From an uncultured Gemmatimonadales bacterium (GTDB lineage: Bacteria > Gemmatimonadota > Gemmatimonadetes > Gemmatimonadales > GWC2-71-9), in the NCBI GenBank assembly GCA_963844035.1, contig CAWJMT010000004.1, positions 256,001 to 320,000 of the forward strand: a stretch of DNA of 64,000 nucleotides, given 5' to 3'. The notes beneath the pieces are model-generated. The model searched no databases, was not told the origin of the DNA, and saw only the letters and a program-made list of their open reading frames with translations. This document shows positions 1 through 9,729 of the stretch, piece after piece. The stretch's first letter is position 1; the number at the start of each line of letters is the position of its first letter. The position numbers and the translations under genes are program-made.

Positions 1-510
1 GAGGGCTACGTCCGCGGCGTGGCCGGCGAGCGGTTCTGCGTGCGCAACAGCGGCGCGACCGTGGTCGTCGAGGGCATCGGCGATCACGGCTGCGAGTACA
101 TGACCGGGGGTCGCGTGGTCGTGCTGGGGCGGACCGGGCGCAACTTTGCCGCAGGCATGAGCGGCGGCATCGGCTACGTGCTCGACGCCGATGGCGGCTT
201 CGAGGGACGCTGCAATCGCGAGATGGTCGATCTGGAGCCGCTGATCGAGAGCGACGACGTCGATTTCCTCCGGGCCGCGATCAAGACGCACGTCAACCTC
301 ACCGGCAGCCCGCTTGCCGAGCGCGTGCTCGCCGAATGGGAGACGATGCACCGGCGGTTCGTGAAGGTGATGCCGCGCGATTACAAGCGCGCGCTCGCCG
401 AGCTGGCGACGCGGGAGCTGAACGCGCAGGTATTGGATGTCGCGGCGTCTCGCGTCACGCCGGCGGGCAGTCGGCTGGAGCCCGTGGGCGCGGAGCCAAC
501 GCGTGGGTAA
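1..510 (+). CDS. gltB: Glutamate synthase large subunit, C-terminal GXGXG domain (5' partial)
   Basis: [51 protein letters not shown] motifs; overlaps gltD start. Confidence 0.96.
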   Translation, partial: EGYVRGVAGERFCVRNSGATVVVEGIGDHGCEYMTGGRVVVLGRTGRNFAAGMSGGIGYVLDADGGFEGRCNREMVDLEPLIESDDVDFLRAAIKTHVNLTGSPLAERVLAEWETMHRRFVKVMPRDYKRALAELATRELNAQVLDVAASRVTPAGSRLEPVGAEPTRG

Positions 511-1957
511 GGCTACCGGTTTCATCGAAATCCGGCGCAAGAAGCACCCCACCCGACCGGTGGAGGAACGCGTGCAGGACTGGCAGGAGGTGTATCTGCC
601 GGTTGCGCAGGCCGATCTTGAGGCCCAGGGCGCCCGCTGCATGGACTGCGGCGTGCCCTTCTGTCATCAGGGTTGCCCGCTCGGCAACCTGATCCCCGAC
701 TGGAACGATCTCGTCTACCGCGATCGCTGGCGCGCGGCGATCGACCGCCTGCACGCCACGAACAACTTCCCGGAGTTCACCGGGAGGCTGTGCCCGGCTC
801 CGTGTGAGGGGTCGTGCGTCCTCGCGATCAACGACGACCCAGTGACGATCAAGTCCATCGAGGTCTCCATCATCGACCGGGCGTTCGCCGAGGGGTGGGT
901 GACGGCCAGCGCGCCGACGAACCGCACGTGGAAGAACGTGGCGATTGTGGGATCGGGCCCGGCGGGTCTTGCCGCGGCCGAACAGCTGAACCGCGCCGGG
1001 CATACGGTGACGGTGTTCGAGAAGTCCGACCGCATCGGGGGACTGCTCCGCTACGGCATCCCCGAATTCAAGATGGAGAAGCGGATCCTCGATCGGCGGC
1101 TCGCCCTGCTCGAGGCCGACGGAGTGGCGTTTCGTCCGGGCGTGAATGTCGGCGTCGACGTCACGGCCGACTGGCTGCGTGCGAATCACGACGCCGTTCT
1201 CCTGGCGGGAGGAGCGGGCCAGCCCCGGGACCTGCAGGTGCCCGGGCGCGATCTGCAGGGCATCCATTTCGCGATGGAGTACCTGACGCTGCAGAATCGC
1301 CGCTGCGAGGGCGACACGATCCCCGACGCCGATTTCATCACCGCGGCGGGCAAGCACGTCATCATCATCGGCGGCGGCGACACGGGCGCCGATTGCCTCG
1401 GCACCGCGCATCGGCAGGGTGCGCGCTCCGTGCACCAGCTCGAGTTGCTGCCCAAGCCGCCTCAGACGCGCGCACCGAACAACCCGTGGCCGGAATGGCC
1501 GAACGTCTTCCGCGTGTCGACGGCGCACGAGGAGGGGGGCGAGCGCCTCTATGCCATCTCCACCGAGCGCTTCAGCGGCGACGCGAGCGGGCGCGTGACG
1601 ACGCTCCACGGCATGAAGGTGGAGATGGTTCGCGAGGGCGGACAGACGCGCTTCGTGGCGCAGCCGGGGAGCGACTTCGAGCTGAAGGCCGACCTCGTGC
1701 TGCTCGCGATGGGCTTCGTCGGCCCGGAGCCGGGACCGCTCCTGAGCGAGCTCGGCGTGCGCAAGAGCGACCGCGGCAACGTCGCGCGCGACGCCCGCTG
1801 GATGACGAACGTGCCCGGCGTATTCACCGCCGGCGACATGCAACGCGGCCAGTCACTCGTCGTGTGGGCGATTGCCGAAGGCCGCAGCGCGGCCCGCGCC
1901 ATCGACGAGCACTTGATGGGCGCGTCGCAATTGGCGGCGCCACTCGGCACACGCTAG
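503..1957 (+). CDS. gltD: Glutamate synthase small subunit
   Basis: GTG start [59 protein letters not shown]. Confidence 0.96.
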   Translation: MGKATGFIEIRRKKHPTRPVEERVQDWQEVYLPVAQADLEAQGARCMDCGVPFCHQGCPLGNLIPDWNDLVYRDRWRAAIDRLHATNNFPEFTGRLCPAPCEGSCVLAINDDPVTIKSIEVSIIDRAFAEGWVTASAPTNRTWKNVAIVGSGPAGLAAAEQLNRAGHTVTVFEKSDRIGGLLRYGIPEFKMEKRILDRRLALLEADGVAFRPGVNVGVDVTADWLRANHDAVLLAGGAGQPRDLQVPGRDLQGIHFAMEYLTLQNRRCEGDTIPDADFITAAGKHVIIIGGGDTGADCLGTAHRQGARSVHQLELLPKPPQTRAPNNPWPEWPNVFRVSTAHEEGGERLYAISTERFSGDASGRVTTLHGMKVEMVREGGQTRFVAQPGSDFELKADLVLLAMGFVGPEPGPLLSELGVRKSDRGNVARDARWMTNVPGVFTAGDMQRGQSLVVWAIAEGRSAARAIDEHLMGASQLAAPLGTR

Positions 1958-1988
1958 AATCCTGCACCCCCTGAGCGAGGCGCGCACC

Positions 1989-2402
1989 ATGTCCGAAATG
2001 ATTCGCAAGGTCGACTACTACTACGCCACCACGTCGGACAAGCCGGGCGAGGGAACTCGTCTGCTCACAATCCTGAAGCAGGCCGGCGTCGGCCTGCTGG
2101 CGCTGCACGGGTTCCCGAGCGCCCGCAAGGCCCAGATCGATTTCGTACCGACCGACCCCGCCGCGTTCGTCGCGGCCGCCAAGGGCGCCAAGATCAAGCT
2201 GAGCAAGGCGAAGACGGCGTTCCTGGTCGAGGGAGACGACCGGGTGGGAGCGGTGGAGGGCGTGATGTCCCGGCTCAGCTCGGCCAAGATCAACATCACG
2301 GCGATCACCGGCGTGTGCGCCGGCATGGGGCGGTATGGCGCGATTCTCTGGGTGCAGCCGAAGGACGTGAAGAAAGCCGCCGCAGCGCTCGGCGCGATGT
2401 AG
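1989..2402 (+). CDS. Small tandem ACT-domain protein
   Basis: Two repeats with ACT-like starts (DKPGEG..L; DRVGAV..S.L..AKINI); SD GAGG before ATG. Confidence 0.65.
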   Translation: MSEMIRKVDYYYATTSDKPGEGTRLLTILKQAGVGLLALHGFPSARKAQIDFVPTDPAAFVAAAKGAKIKLSKAKTAFLVEGDDRVGAVEGVMSRLSSAKINITAITGVCAGMGRYGAILWVQPKDVKKAAAALGAM

Positions 2403-2403
2403 T

Positions 2404-3768
2404 CTAGGCGATCGAGACCGCCTTGATGTTCACGAACTCTCGGAGACCGTACTCCGAGAGCTCGCGACCGTAACCCGACCGCTTCACGCCGCCGAACGGC
2501 AGCCGCGGATCGGACTTCACGACGGCGTTGACGAACACGCACCCCGAATCGATCTCTCCGGCCAGTCGCTCCGCTCGTTCCCGGTCCCGCGTCCACAGAG
2601 AAGCACCCAGCCCGTACACGGAGGCGTTCGCCACCCGCACCGCGTCGCTCTCGTCGCGTACGCGAATCACCGCCGCCACGGGGCCGAACGTCTCCTCGTC
2701 GAACGCCGGCATCCCTGGGTTGACCGCGGCGAGCAGTGTGGGCGGATAGAACGCGCCCGGACCCTCGGGTACCCGGCCGCCGAACACGAGGCGCGCCCCG
2801 CGCGCCACCGACTGCTCCACCTGACGGTGCAGCGAGGCCCGCAAATCGATCCTGGCCTGGGGCCCGACATCGGTGCCCGGCTGCAGCGGATCACCCACCG
2901 TCCGCTGCCTGAGCGCGGCGCCAAACGCATCGAGAAACTGGTCTGCCACCGCTTCGACCACGATGAACCGCTTGGCGGCGATGCAGCTTTGGCCGCTGTT
3001 TATCAGGCGCGCTTCGGCGGCCGCGCGAGCGGCAGCGTGGACGTCGGCGTCCGCCAGCACGATGAACGGATCGCTCCCGCCCAGCTCGAGGACGCTCTTC
3101 TTGAGGTGACGCCCCGCCTGCTCCGCCACGCTGGCGCCGGCGCGCGGGCTGCCGGTCAGGGTGACAGCGCGAACGCGATCGTCCGCAATCACCCGTGCGA
3201 CGACGTCGGGCTCGACGAGGATCGTCTGGAACACGCCTGCGGGATAGCCCGCGTCGCGGAACAGCGCCTCGATCTCGAGGGCGCAGCGTGACACATTGGG
3301 CGCGTGCTTGAGAATTCCGACATTCCCCGCCATGAGCGCCGGGGCCGCGAACCGGAAGACCTGCCAGAAGGGATAGTTCCAGGGCATCACGGCCAGAACG
3401 GGGCCCAGCGGATCGAACCGGACATAGCTCCGCGACGCGTCGGTGCGACGCTCCTCGGGCGCCAGCATCGCGTCGGCGTGCTCGGCATAGTACTCGCAGG
3501 CGAGTGCACACTTTTCGGACTCCGCCTCCCCCTGCGGCAGCGGCTTCCCCATTTCGAGCGCCATGGTCTTCGCGTACCGGCTCTTGCGCTCGCGCAGCAG
3601 GCGGCCGGCCTCCCGCAGCAGCGCCGCGCGTATCGCGTAGGGCTGCCGCCGCCAGGCTCGCGACGCTGCATCGGCGCGCGCCAGCACTCCCTCGAGGGCG
3701 GCCGGTGTGGTTGGCTCGAACGTCTCCAGCACGGCGCCGGTGGTGGGATTGATCGACTGGAAAGCCAT
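2404..3768 (-). CDS. NAD(P)-dependent succinate-semialdehyde dehydrogenase (ALDH family)
   Basis: MPWNYPFWQ, TGS, LELGGSDP, NSGQSCIAAKR, EETFGP, PFGGVKRSGYGRELS. Confidence 0.92.
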   Translation of the reverse strand: MAFQSINPTTGAVLETFEPTTPAALEGVLARADAASRAWRRQPYAIRAALLREAGRLLRERKSRYAKTMALEMGKPLPQGEAESEKCALACEYYAEHADAMLAPEERRTDASRSYVRFDPLGPVLAVMPWNYPFWQVFRFAAPALMAGNVGILKHAPNVSRCALEIEALFRDAGYPAGVFQTILVEPDVVARVIADDRVRAVTLTGSPRAGASVAEQAGRHLKKSVLELGGSDPFIVLADADVHAAARAAAEARLINSGQSCIAAKRFIVVEAVADQFLDAFGAALRQRTVGDPLQPGTDVGPQARIDLRASLHRQVEQSVARGARLVFGGRVPEGPGAFYPPTLLAAVNPGMPAFDEETFGPVAAVIRVRDESDAVRVANASVYGLGASLWTRDRERAERLAGEIDSGCVFVNAVVKSDPRLPFGGVKRSGYGRELSEYGLREFVNIKAVSIA

Positions 3769-3772
3769 CGCG

Positions 3773-4999
3773 TCAGTCGCGCCGGACGCGGCCGCGTGCC
3801 ACTGCGTCTGGCCCGAACCGCCCCCGGACGTCGTCCATCACGCGCGCGATCGTGCGATCGCGGTCGGTCTCGACGCTCGCGCTCGCCTCGGTCTCGAACA
3901 GGCTCAGCTGGGTCTTGGCGTCCGCGGGAACGAGCCGTGAGAGCGATACACCAAGCAGACGCGCAGGTACGCGCCGTGCCGCTCGTAGCTTGGCAAGCAG
4001 CTCGCAGGCCACGGCGTACACCGCCCGGTCTGACTGCACCGGGGCGCCGACCGTATGGCTCGCCTGGCGGGTGGTGAAATCCCAGTCGCGCAACTTGACC
4101 GTCACCGTACGGGCAACCAGGCCTCCGTCCCGCAGGTCGGCAGTTGCGCGGTCTGCCAGGCGCAGCAGGTGCGCAGTGAGATCTGCGTCGTCTACGATGT
4201 CCTTGGGGAACGTTTCGTCCCGGCTGAGCGATTGCGGGACTTCCCGCGACTGCACCGGCGACGCATCGAGACCTCGGACCCTGGAGTAAAGCCACGCGCC
4301 TTCGCGCTCCCCCAACCACTTCATGAGCGAGTGTTGCTCGTGAGCGAGGACGTCCTCCACCGAGTGCAGGCCAAGCAGGGCAAGGCGCTCTTGAAACTTG
4401 GGGCCGACGAGCGGCAGGTCGGCGAGCGTGAACCGTCGCATGAAGGCCAGTTCCGCGCCCGGCTGGACCACAAAGACGCCGTCGCCCTGGGTCCCCGGCC
4501 GGGGCTTCGCGACCCCGGCAGCGAGTTTCGCGACGAGCTTCGACGTGCCGCCGCCGATCGAAACGGACAGCTTCGTCGCCGCATGGACGGCCTCGCGGAT
4601 GCGGCGCGCCGTGACGGCGAGCGGCTCCTCGTGGTACAAACGCTCCGTGCCCGACAGGTCGAGGTAGAACTCATCGCTCGAGGCGCGCTCGACGGCGGGC
4701 GTGAAGGCCGCGAGCGCGGCGCCGATCTGCGCACTCTTCTCCGCACACGCCTCCCAGGGAACGGGCACCACGGTGGCGTCGGGGCAGAGGCGCATCGCGC
4801 GGGCCATGGGCATCGCGGACGTGACGCCGTAGGCGCGGGCTTCGTACGACGCGGACGTCACGACGCCGCGATGGTCCGCGGCGCCGCCGACGATCAGGAG
4901 GGTGGCGCGGCCGGCACCTTCGGGGTCCGCGAGGCGCGCCACGGCGACGTAGAACGCGTCCGCGTCCGCGAGCAGAATGCGACGGTCCAACGAGGTCAT
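3773..4999 (-). CDS. dinB: DNA polymerase IV (Y family)
   Basis: LADADAFY, SYEARAYGV, SSDEFYLD, KLVAKLAA, TVTVKLR, C-terminal QLSLF clamp motif; ATG at 4999. Confidence 0.93.
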   Translation of the reverse strand: MTSLDRRILLADADAFYVAVARLADPEGAGRATLLIVGGAADHRGVVTSASYEARAYGVTSAMPMARAMRLCPDATVVPVPWEACAEKSAQIGAALAAFTPAVERASSDEFYLDLSGTERLYHEEPLAVTARRIREAVHAATKLSVSIGGGTSKLVAKLAAGVAKPRPGTQGDGVFVVQPGAELAFMRRFTLADLPLVGPKFQERLALLGLHSVEDVLAHEQHSLMKWLGEREGAWLYSRVRGLDASPVQSREVPQSLSRDETFPKDIVDDADLTAHLLRLADRATADLRDGGLVARTVTVKLRDWDFTTRQASHTVGAPVQSDRAVYAVACELLAKLRAARRVPARLLGVSLSRLVPADAKTQLSLFETEASASVETDRDRTIARVMDDVRGRFGPDAVARGRVRRD

Positions 5000-5142
5000 C
5001 AATGTTGAAAGGTAGGCGGCGGCGAAACGACCGGCATGAAGGACCCCACAGACTGAGTTCCATCTCCCCTCATGGACGCCGTGCTTACTTCCAATTGCCG
5101 GTTCCAGGGGCGAGTCAAGGTCATTGCAGGAAGGAGGACACC

Positions 5143-5848
5143 ATGGGCGGGGGCATGAGCATTGAGATGTGGCTGCGCGGAAGACGACAACGCTCTCTTC
5201 CGGAGCGAGTTGCAGCAGAAGTGTGTTCGACGAGTTCGAATGGGAGGCCACGCTCGACGTCGCCGATATCGGCGTTTCGGTTGACGATCACATCGTGACG
5301 CTCTCGGGCGCCGTGAAGAGCTATCCGGACAAGCTCAAAGCGGAGCGCGCGGCCAGGCGGGTTCGGGGCGTGCAGGCGGTGCGGAACCACCTGGCGGTGG
5401 TGCCCCCGGCCTGCGACCAGCGGAGCGACAGGGAGATCGCCAAGGCTGCCGGCCAGGTCCTCGGATTCGAACGTTCTGGTTCCTCGCGACGCGGTCCGTG
5501 CGACAGTCGGCGGCGGATGGGTCCACCTCGTCGGTGAGGTGAGCTTGGATGCCGAGCGCCGGGCGGCGGTTGCGGCCGTGGCGCGGCTGCTCGGCGTGAA
5601 GGGGGTCGCGGACGACATCACGGTCAGCGCCGACTCCAGCGCCCAGGGACCTGAAGGCAAGCCTCGCGACGGCGCTCCAGCGCTGCGCCAGTCTGCACGG
5701 CGACAACATTGAGGTCACGACGGACGGCGGCGCCGTGGTGCTGCGGGGTAGTGTGCGCACCCTGGCAGAACGGGACGAAGCCGAGTCAGCGGCGTGGGCA
5801 CTGCCGGGAGTGGCGAGCGTGCGGGTCGAGCTGCAGGTCGAGCGCTAG
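5143..5848 (+). CDS. OsmY-like multi-BON-domain protein (frameshifted in this sequence)
   Basis: SD AGGAGG then ATG 5143; IGVSVDDHIVTLSGAV...RVRGVQAVRNHL; later frames give GWVHLVGEV and VVLRGSVRTLAERDEAESAAWALPGV. Confidence 0.8.
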
Positions 5849-6273
5849 AGCAGTTCAGCGCGCCGGCTTGCCGCCAAGCTGGAGCAGGCGTTTCCACTGC
5901 TCCGCGGTCGCCGGCGCGACCGACAGGCGGCCCATCTTCACCAGGGCCATGTCGGCAAACGCCCGTCGGACTTGATTGCCGCGAGCGGTACGGGGTTGGG
6001 GAGCCGCCCGGCGGCCTTGAGATCGACGACGACAAGCTTCGGGTCATTCTTCTTCGGGTCGGGATACGGCACCGACACGACGTCCGCCATACCCACGACG
6101 GCCTTCTCGTCGCCGGTATGGTAGATCAGGACCCGATCGCCCGGCGTCATCTGGCGAATGTGCTTGAGCGCGAGGTTGTTCTTGACACCGTCCCAGACGG
6201 CGGTCTTTTCCCGCTCGAGCTGGTCGAAGCTGTAGGTGGACGGCTCGGTCTTCAGAATCCAGTAGTTCGGCAC
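5845..6273 (-). CDS. EVE domain protein (frameshift near 5960)
   Basis: YWILKTEPSTYS, WDGVKN, GDRVLIYHTG, YPDP; RLSV-type tail in another frame. Confidence 0.88.
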
Positions 6274-6286
6274 CGGTTCCCCTTGT

Positions 6287-6359
6287 GAACTGAGTCGTCG
6301 GGGGCTCCCGAAGCGACTGCGTATGTTCTGTCGCGCAGGGAGTCCCCGGCGACTCATTC
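6287..6359 (+). other. Long intergenic hairpin (candidate structured RNA or REP-like element)
   Basis: Arms 6291-6309 and 6338-6356 pair over 19 bp on + strand with two G-U pairs; inner stem GCGAC/GTCGC. Confidence 0.5.
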
Positions 6360-6471
6360 GTAGCTTGCGCGACTCGCCCCGTCCCGGCAAGTCCGACTGC
6401 ACAGGTGGGGTTCAAATGGACCCTTGAGGGTCGTACACTTGGAGCCGGGCACATCCCCTTGAGGAGGACGC

Positions 6472-7512
6472 TTGAAGATCGGACTGGTGGGCTTTGCAGG
6501 CTCGGGGAAGACAACGGTCTTCAATACTCTGACGGGGCTCCACGTGCCGGTCGGGTTCGGTGGCGAGGTCCGTCTCGGGACGGTGAAGGTCCCGGACGAG
6601 CGGATCGCCGCGCTCAGCAAGATCTTTTCGCCCAAGAAGACCACGTACGCCGAGATCGTGTTCTGCGACATTCCCGGCGAGCACGGTGCCGAGAAGAAGG
6701 GGTTGTCGAACAAAGCGCTGGTGCAGATTCGCGACCAGGAAGTCGTTTGCCTCGTGCTCCGGGCGTTTGCCAATCCGGCCCTCGAAGCAGACCCGGACCC
6801 CGGCGCCGACCTCGAAGCATTCCACGCCGAATGCATTCTCGCCGATCTCGATCTCGTCGAGCGGCGGCTCAATCGCGCCAAGAAGGACAAGCCCGATCCG
6901 CTCGAGTTGGCCGCCTTCGAGCGGATGAAAGCGACCCTGGAGCACGAATGGCCGCTCCGGTCCCTGGCGCCCGAGGTGCTGAACCGCAACTACCTCAAGG
7001 GCTATGAATTTCTCACCGACCGGCCGTTGCTGGTCGTGCTGAATCGCAGCGAGGAGGAGGCCGCCGCGCCCATGCCCGAGCAGTTGACGGCGCGCATCAC
7101 GGAGCTGCACGGCGCGGGGCTGGTGCTATCGGCGAGCGTGGAGGCAGAGATAGCGGGAATGGACGTGGCCGATCAGGCGGCGTTCCTCGCGGATCTGGGA
7201 CTCACCGAATCGGCCGTGGCGCGGTTCATCCGCACCGCCTACGGCTTGCTCGACTTGATCTCGTTCTTCACGGTGGGTGAGGACGAGGTACGAGCCTGGA
7301 CGATCCGGCGGGGCACCACGGCACGCCAGGCCGCGGGACGGATCCACTCGGATCTGGAGCGAGGGTTCATCCGCGCCGAGGTGACCCCTTACGCGGTGTT
7401 CAAGCAGTTCGGATCGGAGCAGGCCGTCCGCGATGCGGGCCGCTTACAAGTCGAGGGAAAGGACTACGTGGTTTCGGACGGCGACATCCTGCACATACGA
7501 TTCAACGTCTAG
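6472..7512 (+). CDS. ychF: YchF/Obg-like ATPase (DUF933/TGS), divergent paralog
   Basis: GFAGSGKTT, VKVPDER, ISFFTVGEDEVRAW, AAGRIHSDLERGFIRAEV, EGKDYVV.DGD; TTG start with GAGGAGG. Confidence 0.85.
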   Translation: MKIGLVGFAGSGKTTVFNTLTGLHVPVGFGGEVRLGTVKVPDERIAALSKIFSPKKTTYAEIVFCDIPGEHGAEKKGLSNKALVQIRDQEVVCLVLRAFANPALEADPDPGADLEAFHAECILADLDLVERRLNRAKKDKPDPLELAAFERMKATLEHEWPLRSLAPEVLNRNYLKGYEFLTDRPLLVVLNRSEEEAAAPMPEQLTARITELHGAGLVLSASVEAEIAGMDVADQAAFLADLGLTESAVARFIRTAYGLLDLISFFTVGEDEVRAWTIRRGTTARQAAGRIHSDLERGFIRAEVTPYAVFKQFGSEQAVRDAGRLQVEGKDYVVSDGDILHIRFNV

Positions 7513-8052
7513 CAGCCGCCAGGGCTCCGAGTTTCAGGACGGTATTCCAGTTGCGGCCGGTGGCGCGGGTACGGAGCTTCTTCTCGATCAGCGCATTCGT
7601 CAGGCGCGAGCGGCCGACTCCGTTCGGATAGACGATGTAGGCGTATCTGCCATCGGCACGCAGCACCTCCGGGCCCGTGATCGCGCTCTCGAAGGGCGGA
7701 GAGGTCCTTCGCCTCGGGTGCGGCTTTCAGCACCATCACCAGCAGGCGCCCGGGATCGCGCGCGGCTTCCTTGGAAAAGGGATTGCGCGCGATCACCGCC
7801 TCCCAGTCCCGCGCCGTGCATACGAAGAAGTCCGTGTCCAAACCGAGATGGGCAGTGGCCTTCGCCTCGAACGCGCGCTCGAGCCGCGCCACGGATCGCG
7901 TGGGTCCGCGAAATACCAGGTTGCCGCTTTGGAGCAGTGATTGGGGTTCTTCGAAACCCATCTCGCGAGAGCATCGCGCGCAGGTCGGCCATCGCGACCG
8001 GCTGATGGCCGGCGACGTTGATCGCCCGGAGGAACGCGAGGTAGGTGGTCAT
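7509..8052 (-). CDS. DUF1697 domain protein (frameshifted)
   Basis: YLAFLRAINVAG, then LLQSGNLVF, NPF and terminal GTGRNWNTV-type motif across frames. Confidence 0.8.
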
Positions 8053-8720
8053 CCCCTCGGTGGGCGGACCCGCCGCCCGGTTTTAGCCGACGGAGACTCC
8101 GTCGCGCCGACAAGGAAGCCGCATTGCGGCCGTGCGCTGTGCTCGCACTGCTCCGTCACCGGTTGCTCGGTGATCCCTTCGAAGAGCGCCTTGCCAAGAG
8201 CGCAGACTTCCGGATGCTTGGTGGTCACCGCCGAGAGCGGGCATCCATACGCCTGGACGCGCCACCCCTGGCCCGTGCTGGTGACCTCGACATCGCTTCC
8301 AAGGCTGCGCATCGCGGCCGCGGCCACGGCCACTCGGCCTCCAACGTCCGAAGGGACCGCGAAGCCCTTTGACATCTCTTCCCCGACGGCGCGGAGCAGA
8401 TCGACCACGCGGCCCCGGCCGTACCGCCGGTCGATTTCCTCGATCAGGCCGCCGAGTACGCTCCCGTAAGCTTTCGGGAACAGCTCCTCAGCCCCTTCCG
8501 TCAGGGCGTACAGACGCGCCGGCTTCCCCCCGGTGTCACGCTCGACCCCCACCTGCTCCACCATCCCGTCGCGTCCCAGGGCGGCGATATGCGTGCGCAC
8601 CGCGGTATCGGTCAAGCCGAGGGCGTCGGCGAGGCCGGCCATGGTGCGCTGCGATCGGCGCAGCAGGTGCAGCATTTTCGACTGTGTTTCGCCCAACAGC
8701 CGTTCCAACCATGGCGTCAT
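8049..8720 (-). CDS. SufR-like (COG2345) winged-HTH regulator with Cys-rich sensor domain
   Basis: LADALGLTDTAVRTHIAAL..GGKPARLYALT; C-X12-C (CPLSAVTTKHPEVC) plus two further Cys. Confidence 0.8.
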   Translation of the reverse strand: MTPWLERLLGETQSKMLHLLRRSQRTMAGLADALGLTDTAVRTHIAALGRDGMVEQVGVERDTGGKPARLYALTEGAEELFPKAYGSVLGGLIEEIDRRYGRGRVVDLLRAVGEEMSKGFAVPSDVGGRVAVAAAAMRSLGSDVEVTSTGQGWRVQAYGCPLSAVTTKHPEVCALGKALFEGITEQPVTEQCEHSARPQCGFLVGATESPSAKTGRRVRPPRG

Positions 8721-8745
8721 GCGTTCGTCCCGTGGGGGCGGAAGT

Positions 8746-8761
8746 CCAACATACTCGTTGG
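8746..8761. promoter_or_regulatory. Palindromic operator CCAAC-N6-GTTGG
   Basis: ccaac atactc gttgg between regulator and DUF4142; matches the cyanobacterial SufR-type site CAAC-N6-GTTG. Confidence 0.6.
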
Positions 8762-8868
8762 GATACCTGTTTAGCTAGTATTCACATAAATAGCTTGACA
8801 AAGTGTTAAAAGCGACCCACCTTCCCGTGCCTGGACGTTCGAGACCAACCCCCCTCTCGGAGGCACCG

Positions 8869-9414
8869 ATGCAGCATCCCGCGATCCGTTCCCTGCCGTC
8901 CCTGTTCTTCATGCTGGCGGCGGCCACAGGCCTCACCGCTCAGGCACCCGCGCCTGACCTGTCCGACCCCGAGGTGGCGCACGTGGCGGTGACCGCCAAC
9001 AGTATCGACATCGACCTCGCCCGGTTTGCCCAATCCCAGACCAAGACGCCCGAGGTGCGTCAGTTCGCGGCGACGATGATCACCGACCACACGGCGGTCA
9101 ACGAGCAGGCGGCGGCTCTGGCGGGCCGGCTGGGCGTCACCCCCAAGGACAACGCCGTGAGCCAGTCGTTGCTCGCCGGGGCCGCGGATGCGCGCAAGGC
9201 CCTCGAGCACCTGCAGGGCGCCGCGTTCGACCGTGCGTATATCGAACGCGAGGTCGGGTACCACCAGGCCGTGCTCGACGCACTGGACGGCTTGCTCATT
9301 CCCACCACGACGAACGCCGATCTCAAGAAACTCCTGGTGAGTGTGCGTCCCGCCATCGCGGCCCACCTGGACCACGCGAAGATTCTCAAGGGTTCGCTCG
9401 TCACGACGAAGTAA
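8869..9414 (+). CDS. Secreted DUF4142 (ferritin-like) protein
   Basis: Signal peptide; VRQFAATMITDHT, GAAFDRAYIEREVGYH, IAAHLDHAK. Confidence 0.88.
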   Translation: MQHPAIRSLPSLFFMLAAATGLTAQAPAPDLSDPEVAHVAVTANSIDIDLARFAQSQTKTPEVRQFAATMITDHTAVNEQAAALAGRLGVTPKDNAVSQSLLAGAADARKALEHLQGAAFDRAYIEREVGYHQAVLDALDGLLIPTTTNADLKKLLVSVRPAIAAHLDHAKILKGSLVTTK

Positions 9415-9420
9415 CGCGGG

Positions 9421-9714
9421 TTAGCGTCGCAGCGCCCGAATTCCTACGATCAGCGCCGTCAGCGAGACGATCCAGAGTACGGGATACAGCAAGAGGAGGT
9501 CGACGCGAATGTTGCACTCGCCGGTGCACAACCACCGGCGGTGCATCGCGTACTCGTAGGGCGTGTACAGGATCCACAGAACGGCGGCGGCCGCGACCAC
9601 CCGGCGGCCCGATGCGCGATACAGCACCGCGAACGCGGCCGCGGGTAACAGCGCCAGCAGCGGCTGGGCGATAAACACGCTCAGGGGCTGAAACACCAGC
9701 GCGACCAGGTTCAT
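9421..9714 (-). CDS. Small membrane protein
   Basis: Three hydrophobic segments; CTGECNIRVDLLL loop. Confidence 0.6.
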   Translation of the reverse strand: MNLVALVFQPLSVFIAQPLLALLPAAAFAVLYRASGRRVVAAAAVLWILYTPYEYAMHRRWLCTGECNIRVDLLLLYPVLWIVSLTALIVGIRALRR

Positions 9715-9729
9715 CGCACCGTCAGCCCC

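Noticed and set aside
455..1843. Long antisense and alternate-frame ORFs here and throughout (e.g. 14681-16486, 28413-30026, 42891-44510)
   Set aside because: High-GC shadow ORFs over well-supported genes, with no recognisable motifs
5845..6273. EVE protein as part of a modification-dependent restriction system
   Set aside because: Standalone EVE with no fused or adjacent nuclease
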